A stretch of DNA of 64,000 nucleotides from Candidatus Latescibacterota bacterium (GTDB taxonomy: Bacteria > Krumholzibacteriota > Krumholzibacteriia > WVZY01 > JAKEHA01): the NCBI GenBank assembly GCA_963707635.1, contig OY970173.1, forward strand, positions 768,001 through 832,000. The letters run 5' to 3'. A program made the position numbers and the translations under genes. A model generated the notes under the pieces. It saw only the letters and a list, made by a program, of their open reading frames with translations. It did no database searches and had not been told where the DNA came from. Within the stretch, counting starts at the first letter, position 1; every line of letters starts with the position of its first letter. Shown one piece after another: positions 10,829 to 21,485 of this stretch.

Positions 10829-11401
10829 ATGCGCAAACTCACTGAAGTTGGATCGCTTGTTGTCGTGGCGATTGGGGTTCTTGTTGCACAGGCGCTCGCC
10901 GAGAGCACGATCGTCACAATCCCGATAGGAAACGTCACAGCTCGAGATTCCGCGCGCGGCTCGTTCTATGCCGTCACTCTTGACCTTCCAAAGGAAGTGA
11001 CGACGAACAATCTGGACCGCGTTCAGGTTGAATTCGCCGCCGACGTTGACCGCTCAAGCGCGGGCGAGACGGTGGCAACCGCGATGGTTGGCCTGTTTCC
11101 GCTCACAGAGACCCTCGGCGACGCGCGACTGGGTCTCGCGGCTGCGCAATATGACAGTGCTGCTGCATCGGTTCGGCCTGTGAAGATGGGGCAGAATCGG
11201 CTGGTGAAACTGGACGTTACGGAGACCGTCAGGGGCTGGCTGGCCGAGCCATCCAGCAATCACGGCATTGTCATCGGCACTCTGACGGGTCCAGCGGTGG
11301 GCACCGTGTCGCTGCGTGATTCATCACTTGCTCCGAGCACCGCCTTGCGAGTGACGTATTACTACAAGACGCGTTTCGGCGGGCGCGTCTCAGGCAAGTA
11401 G
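10829..11401 (+). CDS. Secreted hypothetical protein (DNRLRE-like DVTxxVxxW motif)
   Basis: GGAGG RBS, signal peptide, LDVTETVRGWL...NHGIVI. Confidence 0.7.
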   Translation: MRKLTEVGSLVVVAIGVLVAQALAESTIVTIPIGNVTARDSARGSFYAVTLDLPKEVTTNNLDRVQVEFAADVDRSSAGETVATAMVGLFPLTETLGDARLGLAAAQYDSAAASVRPVKMGQNRLVKLDVTETVRGWLAEPSSNHGIVIGTLTGPAVGTVSLRDSSLAPSTALRVTYYYKTRFGGRVSGK

Positions 11402-11729
11402 GCAGCGGGTCGGCAATCGACACGCTCGATATGAGCGGGCGGGGCCCTCGACCATATCGAGAGGGAGCTGCCACGGCTCCAGGGCGAGGCCGACTTCATG
11501 CGCATCCAGTCCGGGACCCGGGAGGCCGTTCTTGGCGGGGCGAGGGATCGCTTCTCCCATTAGCCCGATCTTGTGCCCGTGGGCGAAGCGGGAATCGTTT
11601 AGGCCATCGTGGTTATCGGCAAGAATGATGTTGTGATAGATCTGTGCTATTCCCCGGCGCTTCCGGAAGTTCGGTCCCGCTGATCAGAGGCCGGTTCGTT
11701 GCCCTGGAGGTATAAGCTCCCAAAGGAGT

Positions 11730-11819
11730 AAGTGATTGAATTGAAAAGGCTAAAGGCCGTCCCCGCTGCCCCTTCCTCTCCCTCCTCTAAAGAAGCAGCA
11801 AAATGGCAACGAACCCCTG
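11730..11819 (+). repeat. comM-array att arm 1
   Basis: AAGTGATTGAATTGAAAAGGCTA ... CTCTAAAGAAGCAGCAAAATGGCAACGAACCCCTG. Confidence 0.8.
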
Positions 11820-12285
11820 CAACTGTGGAATGCACGGGAGCACGATCAAGCAGTGCACGTGTTCGCCGCAGCAGATTGAGAAGTATCTTGCGAAAATCTC
11901 GGGGCCGCTTCTCGATCGGATCGCGATCCATGTGAGCGTGCGGCCGGTTGACATCGACGCTTGGAAGTCGCCGTCGAAGGCGTCGCTGACGAGTGCCACG
12001 ATGCGCGAGATGGTCGTGCGAGCACGGGAGATTCAGGCGCGACGCTTCGCCGAAATCGACGGCATCGACTGCAATGCGCGGATTCCGGAAGGAATGTTTG
12101 CATCTGACTGCGCCATGGAACCGAAGGCGGAAGCGCTGTTCGTGCGCGCGCAGAAGTCACTGCTGGTGAGCGCACGGGCGCGCGGTCACATCGTCCGCAT
12201 CGCGCGCACGATTGCGGACTTGGAGAGAAGCGAGCGAATAGCGGAGCGACACGTCGCAGAAGCAGTGGGATATCGGGGGAGGTAA
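11803..12285 (+). pseudogene. comM: comM 3' fragment copy 2 (160-aa intact ORF)
   Basis: MATNPCNCG...ISGPLLDRI...HVAEAVGYRGR, homologous to the comM C-terminus. Confidence 0.9.
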
Positions 12286-12336
12286 CCCTTGTCCTTGGCG
12301 CTTGAGATTAGGCCGCAGCATCGATAGAATCCTCTC

Positions 12337-13653
12337 ATGTTACTTCGCGATGAGCACCAGGTGATTCGCGCCGGTGTTGGCAAGTCTTACGCGTGCTCTC
12401 CGGGGCAGTGTGACTTTGGCGTGCTCCTGCCACCATTCTCGCAGTTCCACTGCGTCCGTCGGCGACTAATAATTCTGGCTTCAGTCATTGTGCTCACCGT
12501 TACTTCGTCGCCAGCAACAAGCGGTCCCCCGGCTCCGATGGACATTCGCGTGCCCCTCGGGGGCATCGTCCTCCGTACAGAAACGCGTTGGGTGGCGCCG
12601 TTTGTCGAGTACACGGAGGTTCACGGCAAGAGGTGGGAGAGCCATAAGGTTCGGTGGTTTTCGGACAGTGGCAAGGTCCTGGCCGAGACCGATTCGCTTT
12701 TTTCCAACCGGGGGTTTCCATTTTGTGGCTATTTCGTCTCAGGTCCATGGAGTGGCCTGGCGTTCCACGGCATGTACAATGACTGGGAGCTGTCTGCCCC
12801 AGGTGCTGATAACGACGGTGAAGCCTCCCGGGACGGGCGGGTCTTTCTCATATGGGTACGCGGCGGCCCGACCGGTCAGGCCATCGGTGCAAACGTATAT
12901 GCGGCAGGCAAGCACGGTGCAAAACTCGGACCTTTTGCCGGCAAGACGCTTACGACGGCGCAGCTGGGGGACGACGGCAGTGTGGCGGCGCTCTTCTCGA
13001 CAGCCGCGAGCCCGGAGCGAGGGCGAGTGCTGGTCACGAACGCGAATGCGCGGATCACCATGACGTTGTCCACGACGGGAACGGAATCCGCATACGCAGC
13101 TCCCGACGGCCGCGGCGTTCTGCTAGGGCAGACGGACGGAACGATGTTCTACGTGGCGGCGGATGATAGTGCCAGACGGATTCAGATGGACCGCGAACTG
13201 CCGCCACATGCCCAGGCGATGCAGTGGGCTCCGGGGTCGGCACTTGTGTTCCTCGCCGGCTCAAAGACACGCCAACTCATACTCCTCGACTGTGATCGCG
13301 GTCGCGTGGTGTGGCGGGCGCCGAGCCTCGGGACCTACCACGTGGTGGCGTTCGATCGCTATGTGTTCGAGACCGGGCTCGCGCCTGCGTTGGGCGACTC
13401 AACATTGAGCGTCCGCGCGATCAATGTGCTCGACATCAAGACCGGCAATCTGGTCGCAACGTGGCGCTCGACCCCGCCTGCGCGCTACACGTTCAGGGAT
13501 ATCGGAAGGCTCATGGTGCGCGATCATCACCTCTACTATGTGACCGACGAGATCTTCGGCGAGATTCGACCCGAACAGGTGGTCGAAGGCGAGTCGTGCT
13601 GCACCGGGTGGGAGAGAGTGCCCGGCCTTCACCCTTCTCTCCGGAAGAAGTGA
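12337..13653 (+). CDS. Secreted hypothetical beta-rich (propeller-like) protein; start uncertain
   Basis: Long ORF; signal-peptide-like RRRLIILASVIVLTV inside the N-terminus. Confidence 0.65.
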   Translation: MLLRDEHQVIRAGVGKSYACSPGQCDFGVLLPPFSQFHCVRRRLIILASVIVLTVTSSPATSGPPAPMDIRVPLGGIVLRTETRWVAPFVEYTEVHGKRWESHKVRWFSDSGKVLAETDSLFSNRGFPFCGYFVSGPWSGLAFHGMYNDWELSAPGADNDGEASRDGRVFLIWVRGGPTGQAIGANVYAAGKHGAKLGPFAGKTLTTAQLGDDGSVAALFSTAASPERGRVLVTNANARITMTLSTTGTESAYAAPDGRGVLLGQTDGTMFYVAADDSARRIQMDRELPPHAQAMQWAPGSALVFLAGSKTRQLILLDCDRGRVVWRAPSLGTYHVVAFDRYVFETGLAPALGDSTLSVRAINVLDIKTGNLVATWRSTPPARYTFRDIGRLMVRDHHLYYVTDEIFGEIRPEQVVEGESCCTGWERVPGLHPSLRKK

Positions 13654-13698
13654 CCTAGACGCTAGGGTTTCGGGGGGTGGCTAGACGTCCGGGGGAGT

Positions 13699-13789
13699 AA
13701 GCCACTGATGATGAAGAAGATGAAGCTCGCCTTCACCCGCCACGCCTCCCTCTCCCCTAAAGAAGTGGCAAAAGGGCAACGAACCCCTG
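13699..13789 (+). repeat. comM-array att arm 2
   Basis: AAGCCACTGATGATGAAGAAGATGA ... CCCCTAAAGAAGTGGCAAAAGGGCAACGAACCCCTG. Confidence 0.8.
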
Positions 13790-14255
13790 TTTGTGCGGGT
13801 TCCATGGGTCGACAGTTCGGCAATGTCGTTGCTCACCGCTTCAGATCGAAAACTATCTCGGGAAGATCTCAGGGCCGTTGCTGGATCGGATCGCGATTCA
13901 CGTCGCTGTCCGGCCAGTCGACATCGACGCGTGGAAGTCGCCGTCGTCGTCGGCAATGACGAGTGCAGCGATGCGCGAGATGGTCGCGCGAGCGCGGGAG
14001 ATTCAGACACGGCGCTTCGCCGAAACAAACGGCGTCGACTGCAACGCGCGCATCCCGGAAGGCTTGTTCGCGTCACTCTGCGCGATGGAGCCGAAGGCGG
14101 AGGCGCTGTTCGCGCGGGCGCAGAAGTCGTTGCTGGTTTCCGTGCGGGCGCGCGGCCACATCGTCCGCGTCGCGCGAACAATTGCGGACTTGGAAGGCAG
14201 CGAGCGGATCGCCGAGCGTCACGTCGCGGAGGCCGTGGGGTATCGTGGGAGGTGA
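13773..14255 (+). pseudogene. comM: comM 3' fragment copy 3 (ATG mutated to AGG)
   Basis: ATNPCLCGFHGS...ISGPLLDRI...HVAEAVGYRGR. Confidence 0.9.
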
Positions 14256-14428
14256 AACTCACATCAGGGTGCGGGTTCAGCAAGAGACGTGGGGCGAGGT
14301 GAAGGCACCGTATAGAGATTAGAGATGAGCCGAGCGTTGGATCGGACCGACCCACGCCCCTTTGTTTTGGCGGCTACTTGACGAAGCGAATCTGGTACAT
14401 TACTGTCATATTCGCCCCCGAAACCCCC

Positions 14429-16171
14429 ATGCACCGGCCCGCTAGCATGTTCGCCGTTCTTGTTCCCCTCTCACTGGCCGTGGCGTGCGACCAGCAAACG
14501 TTCGATGTCGCACCCGTCACATCCCCGTGGACGACGATCGAGGAGTTCGCGGAAAGGATGGACCCTACGACGGTGTGGGGAAGCGGCGCCGACGATGTCT
14601 TCATCGGCTACTACTCGTACGATGCCCGTGAGCCGCTGCGTCATTACGACGGGAGGACGTGGAGAGGGATCCCGCTGGGTGGCGATGTGCGGTACGTGGG
14701 CGAAATCTGGGGTTCGGGACCGGAGGACGTCTACGCGACGACTAATCGAGACCTCTGGCACTTCGACGGGAAGGATTGGTCATCCACCGGGATCCAAGCG
14801 AACGGCGTATCGGGAGCCGCGGCAAACAATGTCGTGGTGTCGAGCGGCCAGACGCTACTTCATTTCAACGGCACCGGGTGGGATACGCTTCTCGCGCCAC
14901 AGAGCAGCGCGCAGCTAGGCGCGTTGTGGGTCGGTGACGGTCCAAGCGCCGTGGTCGGACTGCACTTTTCGTACAACACCCCCGATTCCATCATTCGCCT
15001 GAACGAAGGTACCTGGTCGGTGCGTGAGCCGGCCCCGGGTTGGATCGCGGCCATGGTGGGATGGTCGATCGGCGACCTCATTGCCGTTGGGCGAGATGCG
15101 AACGGGGGCATGGCCTGGCACGGCGACGGAGTGGGTTGGACTCCCACCATGCCGTCGGACGTGCGGCCGACAATCCAGGACGTCTGGGCTGCCGGGACGA
15201 ACGATGTGTATGCAGCCGCGTGTCAGGAGATTCTGCATTTCGACGGAAACACCTGGCAGTTGTCCGATTCCACCGCTAGCTCGTGTTTGAGCCACATATG
15301 GGGATCCGGCGCGACCGATATCTACGCAGTCGGTACCGACGTCGTGCATTACGACGGCGTGACGTGGCAACCAGCCTTCGAGGTCCGGCCGGTGCAGCCG
15401 CGTTGCCTGTGGGCGGAGACACGCGACCGCATCGTGGTTGGCGGTGACGGGGTGGTGTACCGCTTGTTGAACGGCGCTTGGAGCGAGGAGGGCTTCGGTA
15501 CGATTAACGGCGCGGTCAATACGATTGCGGGCAATGGATCGGATGACCTTTACGCGGCTACCGACTATGGTGTGTTCCGTTCCGACGGCATCTCTTGGAC
15601 GCCGATGCCCGACTCGCCCGGCTATCTCGATAAGTTGAGCGTTCTTTCCCCTGATGACATCTTCGCCACCGACGGATTCCGCGTGTACCACTTCGACGGG
15701 CTGGCGTGGTCCATCATTCAGCAAGTCGACGTGCTCGGAAGCAGCGCGCTGTGGGCGTTTGCGACCGATGACGTGCTTTTCGCCTACCCCGACGGCGTCC
15801 TTCGCTGGAACGGCCACACCTGGACACGCATCTCGCGCGCGAGGATCGACGACTTATGGGCGAGCACTCCTCATGATATCTACGGAATCAGCGGGTCGTG
15901 GATTTTTCACAGCGACGGCGCTGAGTTCAGTCATGTGGGTCCGGTCGCTCCGCAGTATCTCCAATTCATTACGGGTGCTTCCGGGCATCGCGTTATCGCG
16001 GTCGGTCCCGGCGGCCATGTGCTGTGGGAGAACGGGCAGTGGGTTGCGGGGATCGATGATGAGGCGATGTACGCGCTCGGTCTCACAAGCTGCCGCGATG
16101 GATCCATCATTCAACTGAGCACGACACAGGGTGGGCGCTATCGCCTGTCCCTCTTCCGGGACAAGCCGTGA
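14429..16171 (+). CDS. Lipoprotein with WGSGxxDVY / HxDGxxW beta-propeller repeats
   Basis: Lipobox LAVAC; repeated motifs. Confidence 0.8.
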   Translation: MHRPASMFAVLVPLSLAVACDQQTFDVAPVTSPWTTIEEFAERMDPTTVWGSGADDVFIGYYSYDAREPLRHYDGRTWRGIPLGGDVRYVGEIWGSGPEDVYATTNRDLWHFDGKDWSSTGIQANGVSGAAANNVVVSSGQTLLHFNGTGWDTLLAPQSSAQLGALWVGDGPSAVVGLHFSYNTPDSIIRLNEGTWSVREPAPGWIAAMVGWSIGDLIAVGRDANGGMAWHGDGVGWTPTMPSDVRPTIQDVWAAGTNDVYAAACQEILHFDGNTWQLSDSTASSCLSHIWGSGATDIYAVGTDVVHYDGVTWQPAFEVRPVQPRCLWAETRDRIVVGGDGVVYRLLNGAWSEEGFGTINGAVNTIAGNGSDDLYAATDYGVFRSDGISWTPMPDSPGYLDKLSVLSPDDIFATDGFRVYHFDGLAWSIIQQVDVLGSSALWAFATDDVLFAYPDGVLRWNGHTWTRISRARIDDLWASTPHDIYGISGSWIFHSDGAEFSHVGPVAPQYLQFITGASGHRVIAVGPGGHVLWENGQWVAGIDDEAMYALGLTSCRDGSIIQLSTTQGGRYRLSLFRDKP

Positions 16172-16848
16172 GCAAACGCATCGCATCGATGGCGCGTGTC
16201 CTTCTTCTCGCGACCATGTCACTCGCCCCCAGGCTTACCTGGGCGCAGATCATCGCGCCGCCGCTCGAACACCGGGCGCTCGAGGCCGGGTATACGTACA
16301 AGTGGTTCCACCGCGTCATCGAGTCGGGGAGCAACGAGATCAAGTGGCAGGCGGGATCGTTGTACGCCCGCTATGGTGGTTTTCAGCGCCTCACGGTGTA
16401 CGCCGAGGGCGGAATCTGGGACGTCGATTCCTACTCGCGGTGGGTGGTCGGCGGAGGTCTGACGGGTTTGCTCTACACGCGGGGCTGGTGGTCGCTGGAT
16501 GTGGACGCGAGCTACAACGAGATCTACGACCTGGACGAAACCACGGCACGCACGGACCATCGAACCTACGGCTGGAACGCCGCGCTTGTGGCGCGCGGGT
16601 CATTTGCCGTGAGCGGGCAGCGCGTGGACCTCTACGCTGGTCCCGCGTACGTTAACGATGTGGCGGAGACATACCCGTTCAGCAGCAACGATCCGGTCCG
16701 GACCGAACCCGATCAGCACTGGGGGGCATGCGCGGGTCTCTATGCTACTGCTCTAGACTATGTGAGCGGCTTTGCATATTTACTCTACCTGGACCAACCG
16801 CAGCTTCGCCTGGGAGTGTCACTACGTTCGCGCGGGGAGACTCCATGA
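16168..16848 (+). CDS. Putative outer-membrane beta-barrel protein
   Basis: Signal peptide; alternating beta strands; GTGA overlap with upstream gene. Confidence 0.7.
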   Translation: MSKRIASMARVLLLATMSLAPRLTWAQIIAPPLEHRALEAGYTYKWFHRVIESGSNEIKWQAGSLYARYGGFQRLTVYAEGGIWDVDSYSRWVVGGGLTGLLYTRGWWSLDVDASYNEIYDLDETTARTDHRTYGWNAALVARGSFAVSGQRVDLYAGPAYVNDVAETYPFSSNDPVRTEPDQHWGACAGLYATALDYVSGFAYLLYLDQPQLRLGVSLRSRGETP

Positions 16849-17516
16849 TGCACCGTGGTCTGGTGTCGACACTCGTGCTCGCAACCATCCTCGCCGACGG
16901 AAACGCCGTGCGGGCGCAGGTGACCGGCGGCATTCTGCCAGGGGGCACCTGCGAAGCCGGGCTGATGTACCACGACATCAACCGGGCCATCGAGTTCCAA
17001 AACGTGATGAAGGACGTCACGTACAGCACCTCGACGATCGTGTTTCGCTTCGGGATCACGGACGCGGCGACAGTGTCCATGGAACTCGGTGGTGGGATGG
17101 GCAGCGTCGACATAGACGACTTCAGTTACGTGGTGGGCGGGTCGGTGCAGACGCGGATGTGGTCCCGCGAACCAACCCGGGTGACCACCACGATCGCTTT
17201 CACTCGCATCCTTTCCCTGTACCGCGAGACCGGGTCGCCGGGTGGGCAGCTCACGCAGAGCGCGGATTGGAACGTACTGCTGGAGCGGGACGTTCGCCTC
17301 CGCGAACAGGCCGTGACGGTCTGGGGTGGTCCCGCGGTCTCCTTCCTGACGGCCACGCCGCAAGCACCGAATGTCGAGAACACCTGGGAGTCGAGTCAGG
17401 TCCTCGGAGGAATGGTGGGCATACGCGTGCTGGTTGCGAAGCACGTCTCGCTGTCCGGGCAGGCGTTGTGGATTAGTGCATTCGAGCCCGGCGTGGCTCT
17501 GGCCTACCGTTTTTGA
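16845..17516 (+). CDS. Putative outer-membrane beta-barrel protein
   Basis: Signal peptide; C-terminal AYRF (Bam-signal-like); ATGA overlap. Confidence 0.75.
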   Translation: MMHRGLVSTLVLATILADGNAVRAQVTGGILPGGTCEAGLMYHDINRAIEFQNVMKDVTYSTSTIVFRFGITDAATVSMELGGGMGSVDIDDFSYVVGGSVQTRMWSREPTRVTTTIAFTRILSLYRETGSPGGQLTQSADWNVLLERDVRLREQAVTVWGGPAVSFLTATPQAPNVENTWESSQVLGGMVGIRVLVAKHVSLSGQALWISAFEPGVALAYRF

Positions 17517-17572
17517 GAAGCGTGGCATGCTATTGACCTCGATGGCGAGTTGACGCCCAGGGATGCGGTTGG

Positions 17573-17995
17573 ATGAGACGATCACTCGCCCTCGCCACTA
17601 TGGCCGCACTGATGGCCTGCTCGCAACGCGGCGCTCGCGAGCAGAGCTCGGTGCCGGCGACGAGTACGGGTTTTGTCGACAAGGTTTGGACCGTCGTCGA
17701 CCCCGCGGGCGGTCCGGGTGATCTCTATGTCTTCCTCTCCGACGGCACCTTCGTCAAGACGGCGAAGGAAGCGGTGCCCACCGTCGGAAAGTGGAGTTGG
17801 GATGGGAAGCACCTCACAGTCATCGAAACTGCCCTTCCTTACCAGGCGGATATCGATTCTCTTACCAGTGCGTACCTTGGAATCACCATTCATTTCATGG
17901 AGCGGGAATACCATGTGGGACTGGTTCCGGCCACCGGGACCGAAAGAAGTGACCCAAAAGCAGTTCTTTTCATGTCGCTTCGCAACGGGGAATAG
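17573..17995 (+). CDS. Small lipoprotein
   Basis: Lipobox LMAC. Confidence 0.7.
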   Translation: MRRSLALATMAALMACSQRGAREQSSVPATSTGFVDKVWTVVDPAGGPGDLYVFLSDGTFVKTAKEAVPTVGKWSWDGKHLTVIETALPYQADIDSLTSAYLGITIHFMEREYHVGLVPATGTERSDPKAVLFMSLRNGE

Positions 17996-18022
17996 AACAA
18001 ACTAGCTGTATCACACGCGAGC

Positions 18023-18529
18023 ATGTCCATTCTGTTTACAGTATTTATTGCGGTCGGGTTGCTTCTCGGCTGGAGTCGCGATCTTTCGTTGCAGGTTTTT
18101 GCCCGACAGTTCCTGGTTTGGAGTTGCGTCCTGACCAGTCTGGTCTTTGGTCTTTTCGCCGAATTTTTGGTTGCGCATTGGAGGTTCGACGGACCCCGTA
18201 AGCGTCGATGGAGGAGCTTGCTCGGGCACATTGTGACCAACTGGCTGTTAGCTCTCGGCGTGAGTGCACTTGCACTGGCCACGCTAGCCATGCCGGTATT
18301 CGACTCGATGCGTGTTGTTGGACTCCTTGTATCGGTGATCGTGCTTGAGTTCGTGGTGGTCTGTTCAGTCGCGTCAGTCATCAATGCTCGAAGGCAGGGT
18401 CAGCCCAGGACTCGAGCCGCGTTTCTCCGGGGCTTTGGGAACTACGCTCTGCTGAACACTGTTTCCATGGTGGGCGGCGTAGCTGCTGGTCGGCTGTATT
18501 TGAACCTGTTCTATCCGGGGGTCGGCTAG
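18023..18529 (+). CDS. Membrane protein (about 5 TM)
   Basis: Hydrophobic 168-aa ORF, lower GC. Confidence 0.6.
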   Translation: MSILFTVFIAVGLLLGWSRDLSLQVFARQFLVWSCVLTSLVFGLFAEFLVAHWRFDGPRKRRWRSLLGHIVTNWLLALGVSALALATLAMPVFDSMRVVGLLVSVIVLEFVVVCSVASVINARRQGQPRTRAAFLRGFGNYALLNTVSMVGGVAAGRLYLNLFYPGVG

Positions 18530-18661
18530 GGGGCGAGGGTCCGGCTAACTAGCCGTTCTGCCGACGGACCGGCGAGAGCGTAGCTAGAGTGAGTTTGGCC
18601 AAAGCCCTCGGCATAGGGACTTTCGCCGCGCTCAAGCCGTGTCCGACAGCCTCCCGAAAGG

Positions 18662-18749
18662 AAGCGATTGATGGCAAAGAAGATGAACGCAGCCCCGACA
18701 CGCCCTCCCCTCTCCCCTAAATCAGTGGCAAAATGGCAACGAACCCCTG
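18662..18749 (+). repeat. comM-array att arm 3
   Basis: AAGCGATTGATGGCAAAGAAGATGA ... CCCCTAAATCAGTGGCAAAATGGCAACGAACCCCTG. Confidence 0.8.
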
Positions 18750-19215
18750 CAACTGTGGAATGCACGGGAGCACGATCAAGCAGTGCACGTGTTCGCCGCA
18801 GCAGATTGAGAAGTATCTTGCGAAAATCTCGGGGCCGCTTCTCGATCGGATCGCGATCCATGTGAGCGTGCGGCCGGTTGACATCGACGCTTGGAAGTCG
18901 CCGTCGAAGGCGTCGCTGACGAGTGCCACGATGCGCGAGATGGTCGTGCGAGCACGGGAGATTCAGGCGCGACGCTTCGCCGAAATCGACGGCATCGACT
19001 GCAATGCGCGGATTCCGGAAGGAATGTTTGCATCTGACTGCGCCATGGAACCGAAGGCGGAAGCGCTGTTCGTGCGCGCGCAGAAGTCACTGCTGGTGAG
19101 CGCACGGGCGCGCGGACACATCGTGCGCGTTGCGCGAACGATCGCGGACCTCGAGGGAAGCGAGCGAATAGCGGAGCGGCATGTGGCAGAGGCGGTGGGG
19201 TATCGGGGACGATAG
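18733..19215 (+). pseudogene. comM: comM 3' fragment copy 4 (160-aa intact ORF)
   Basis: Near-identical to copy 2. Confidence 0.9.
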
Positions 19216-19309
19216 AGAGCCCGCGTCCTGTCACAGGCGACGGTTCACGCGAAGTTCATATTGTGATGTTTGGGAACTCCGACATGCGGGCGGGAAAGGC
19301 TCACTCGCC

Positions 19310-20791
19310 CTATTCCGCGGGAAGGGTGAGGACCGGCAGGTTCACGATTCCTGCTTCTTCGATGCGATCGGCCATAAGCCGATACTCGCGTGCCTGCTCG
19401 TCGAGGTTCTCCGACGCAACGCCGGTGCTTCTGGCGATTCTGCTCCGATCGAATCCGCGGCCGGTCAGGTAAGACGCTTCAAGACCGAACTCGATGAGCT
19501 TGCAGAACGATCTCCCTTCTTGATCGTCGAGGAGGCCCGATGTGTTCGAATCCGCAAAGGGCCGAAGTTGTTTGGCAATTCGCGCTACCTCACCGGAGTC
19601 TGGGGCGGCCGGCAATGCCGAACGACGAGCAGCAAGCATCGCTGCACGATCGACTTTCCACTGCCCGTACTGATCGGCCTGCATCTTTTCTTTCCAGTAT
19701 TTCTCAAGATTAGTACGTTCATAGAGCACGTTCACGGAAGGGTTTCTCAAGAATTGCTCTTCCTTAGGAATGAGCACGTCAAGCTTCTTGCCGACAAGGA
19801 GTTCGTTGCAGAAGCGAGACAGGCCTTCGCTATCCGAGGTTACCATGCGTGCCTCCAGGCCACCGGCAAATACAAAAACGACCTCGTCGCCTGCCGCATA
19901 CGAGTTCTGGAGTGCCTGAGGACTTTGAAAGAACGGTTCGACTTCTTGATACTGCTTGCGACGCTCAGCGTTGCGAGCGTCTAACTGCCGCAATTCGACG
20001 GCCGACTTTGCCATATGAAAGCCTGCGAAGAGAATGGGAATGGCCGAGACGGCTACGGCAGCGACCCCGAGTGTTCGGTGAGGTCGACTCTTGAGAAGGC
20101 GTAGGCCTTGCGCAAGGCCCGCGATCGCTAGGAGCACGAGCAGTCCCATCCCGGCGACCATCACGAAAGCGGCCAGGATACCTTCAAGCCCCAAATTGGC
20201 GCTTCTGCACCACGCAAGAAAAGCAAGAAGGAGCGCCGCAACGACCACCTCGGCAACCACGATGCACCCCGTTATGACGGGGTTTGGGCTCGAGTTTGCT
20301 ACTCTACTCACACGTGGGCTGCTGGTCGCGGGTACGCGACGCGGGCTCCTTGTCAACAGAAGCCCCACGACACACACGCCCGCGCCGAACCACGCGATCA
20401 TGACATCCAAGCCGGCGGATACCGAGGCTGTCATACCCTGCCCCATGAGTTCTCGCTGGGTGAGCCCCGAGGACATGAGGGAAGATGGGACTCTATGCTT
20501 ATAGATCGAGCAGGAAACAATCGTCACTAACCATTCAATCGCCCCAAGTCTACAGCCGTTGAAAACCAATCGTCGCCAGGAAACTGCATCGCGAAGCACC
20601 CACCAGGCGCCAATGGGGCCACCGACAAACAAGAGGACAACATTGACGGGCATCTGAACCGACATCCGGCCGTCGACACTCCCGAACAACTTACCTACAA
20701 TGCCGATGACGATGTAGGCAGAGAATAGACCAATCGCAATGGCGGCGAGTTTCTTCACAGGGCAACTCCTGATTATCAGGGTGAGTACCAA
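19310..20791 (-). CDS. Multi-pass membrane protein with soluble C-terminal domain
   Basis: 493-aa ORF, about 7 TM in the N-terminal half. Confidence 0.65.
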   Translation of the reverse strand: MVLTLIIRSCPVKKLAAIAIGLFSAYIVIGIVGKLFGSVDGRMSVQMPVNVVLLFVGGPIGAWWVLRDAVSWRRLVFNGCRLGAIEWLVTIVSCSIYKHRVPSSLMSSGLTQRELMGQGMTASVSAGLDVMIAWFGAGVCVVGLLLTRSPRRVPATSSPRVSRVANSSPNPVITGCIVVAEVVVAALLLAFLAWCRSANLGLEGILAAFVMVAGMGLLVLLAIAGLAQGLRLLKSRPHRTLGVAAVAVSAIPILFAGFHMAKSAVELRQLDARNAERRKQYQEVEPFFQSPQALQNSYAAGDEVVFVFAGGLEARMVTSDSEGLSRFCNELLVGKKLDVLIPKEEQFLRNPSVNVLYERTNLEKYWKEKMQADQYGQWKVDRAAMLAARRSALPAAPDSGEVARIAKQLRPFADSNTSGLLDDQEGRSFCKLIEFGLEASYLTGRGFDRSRIARSTGVASENLDEQAREYRLMADRIEEAGIVNLPVLTLPAE

Positions 20792-20849
20792 GAACCGAGC
20801 AAGAAGTCTGCCGCTTCGACGCGGGCGGGACCGCGGCTTTCATGAAGGA

Positions 20850-20937
20850 AAGTGATGGCCTATCAACAGGTTAACATCGCGTACCCACGGGGCGACACCT
20901 TTCCCTAAAGAAACAGCAAAATGGCAACGAACCCATG
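20850..20937 (+). repeat. comM-array att arm 4
   Basis: AAGTGATGGCCTATCAACAGGTTA ... CCCTAAAGAAACAGCAAAATGGCAACGAACCCATG. Confidence 0.8.
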
Positions 20938-21409
20938 TTTGTGTGGGTTCCATGGGTCGATGTTGCGGCAATGTCGTTGCTCGCCGCTTCAGATAGAGAA
21001 CTATCTCGGGAAGATCTCGGGGCCGCTATTGGATCGGATCGCGATTCATGTGGCGGTGAGACCGGTGGATGTCGAGGCGTGGTCTGGCTCGAGCGACACG
21101 ACGCGTCTCACGAGCGCCGCGATGCGGGAGATGGTGGCGCGGGCGCGAGAGATTCAGGCGCGACGCTTCGCCGACACGAACGGTGTCGATTGCAATGCGC
21201 GCATCACGGAAGGAATGTTCGCCACCTTCTGCGCGATGGAGCCGTCGGCGGAAACGTTGTTTGTGCGTGCGCAGAAGTCGCTCCTCGTGAGCGCGCGGGC
21301 GAGAGGTCACATCGTCCGGGTCGCGCGCACGATTGCGGACTTGGAGAGAAGCGAGCGAATAGCCGAGCGACACATCGCGGAGGCGGTTGGGTATCGTGGA
21401 AGGGCGTAA
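20921..21409 (+). pseudogene. comM: comM 3' fragment copy 5 (162-aa intact ORF)
   Basis: MATNPCLCG...HIAEAVGYRGRA. Confidence 0.9.
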
Positions 21410-21485
21410 GTATATCGGGGGAAAGATCGACGAGGCGTCCTCCTCCGGCACGCACGACCCGTTCACTGTGGAAAGCCCTGCGCAG

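Noticed and set aside
11803..19215. Diversity-generating retroelement (TR/VR) explanation for the near-identical repeats
   Set aside because: No reverse transcriptase in the window, and the differences are not adenine-specific.
19181..19984. 267-aa plus-strand ORF
   Set aside because: Antisense to the 493-aa membrane protein and has no recognisable motifs.
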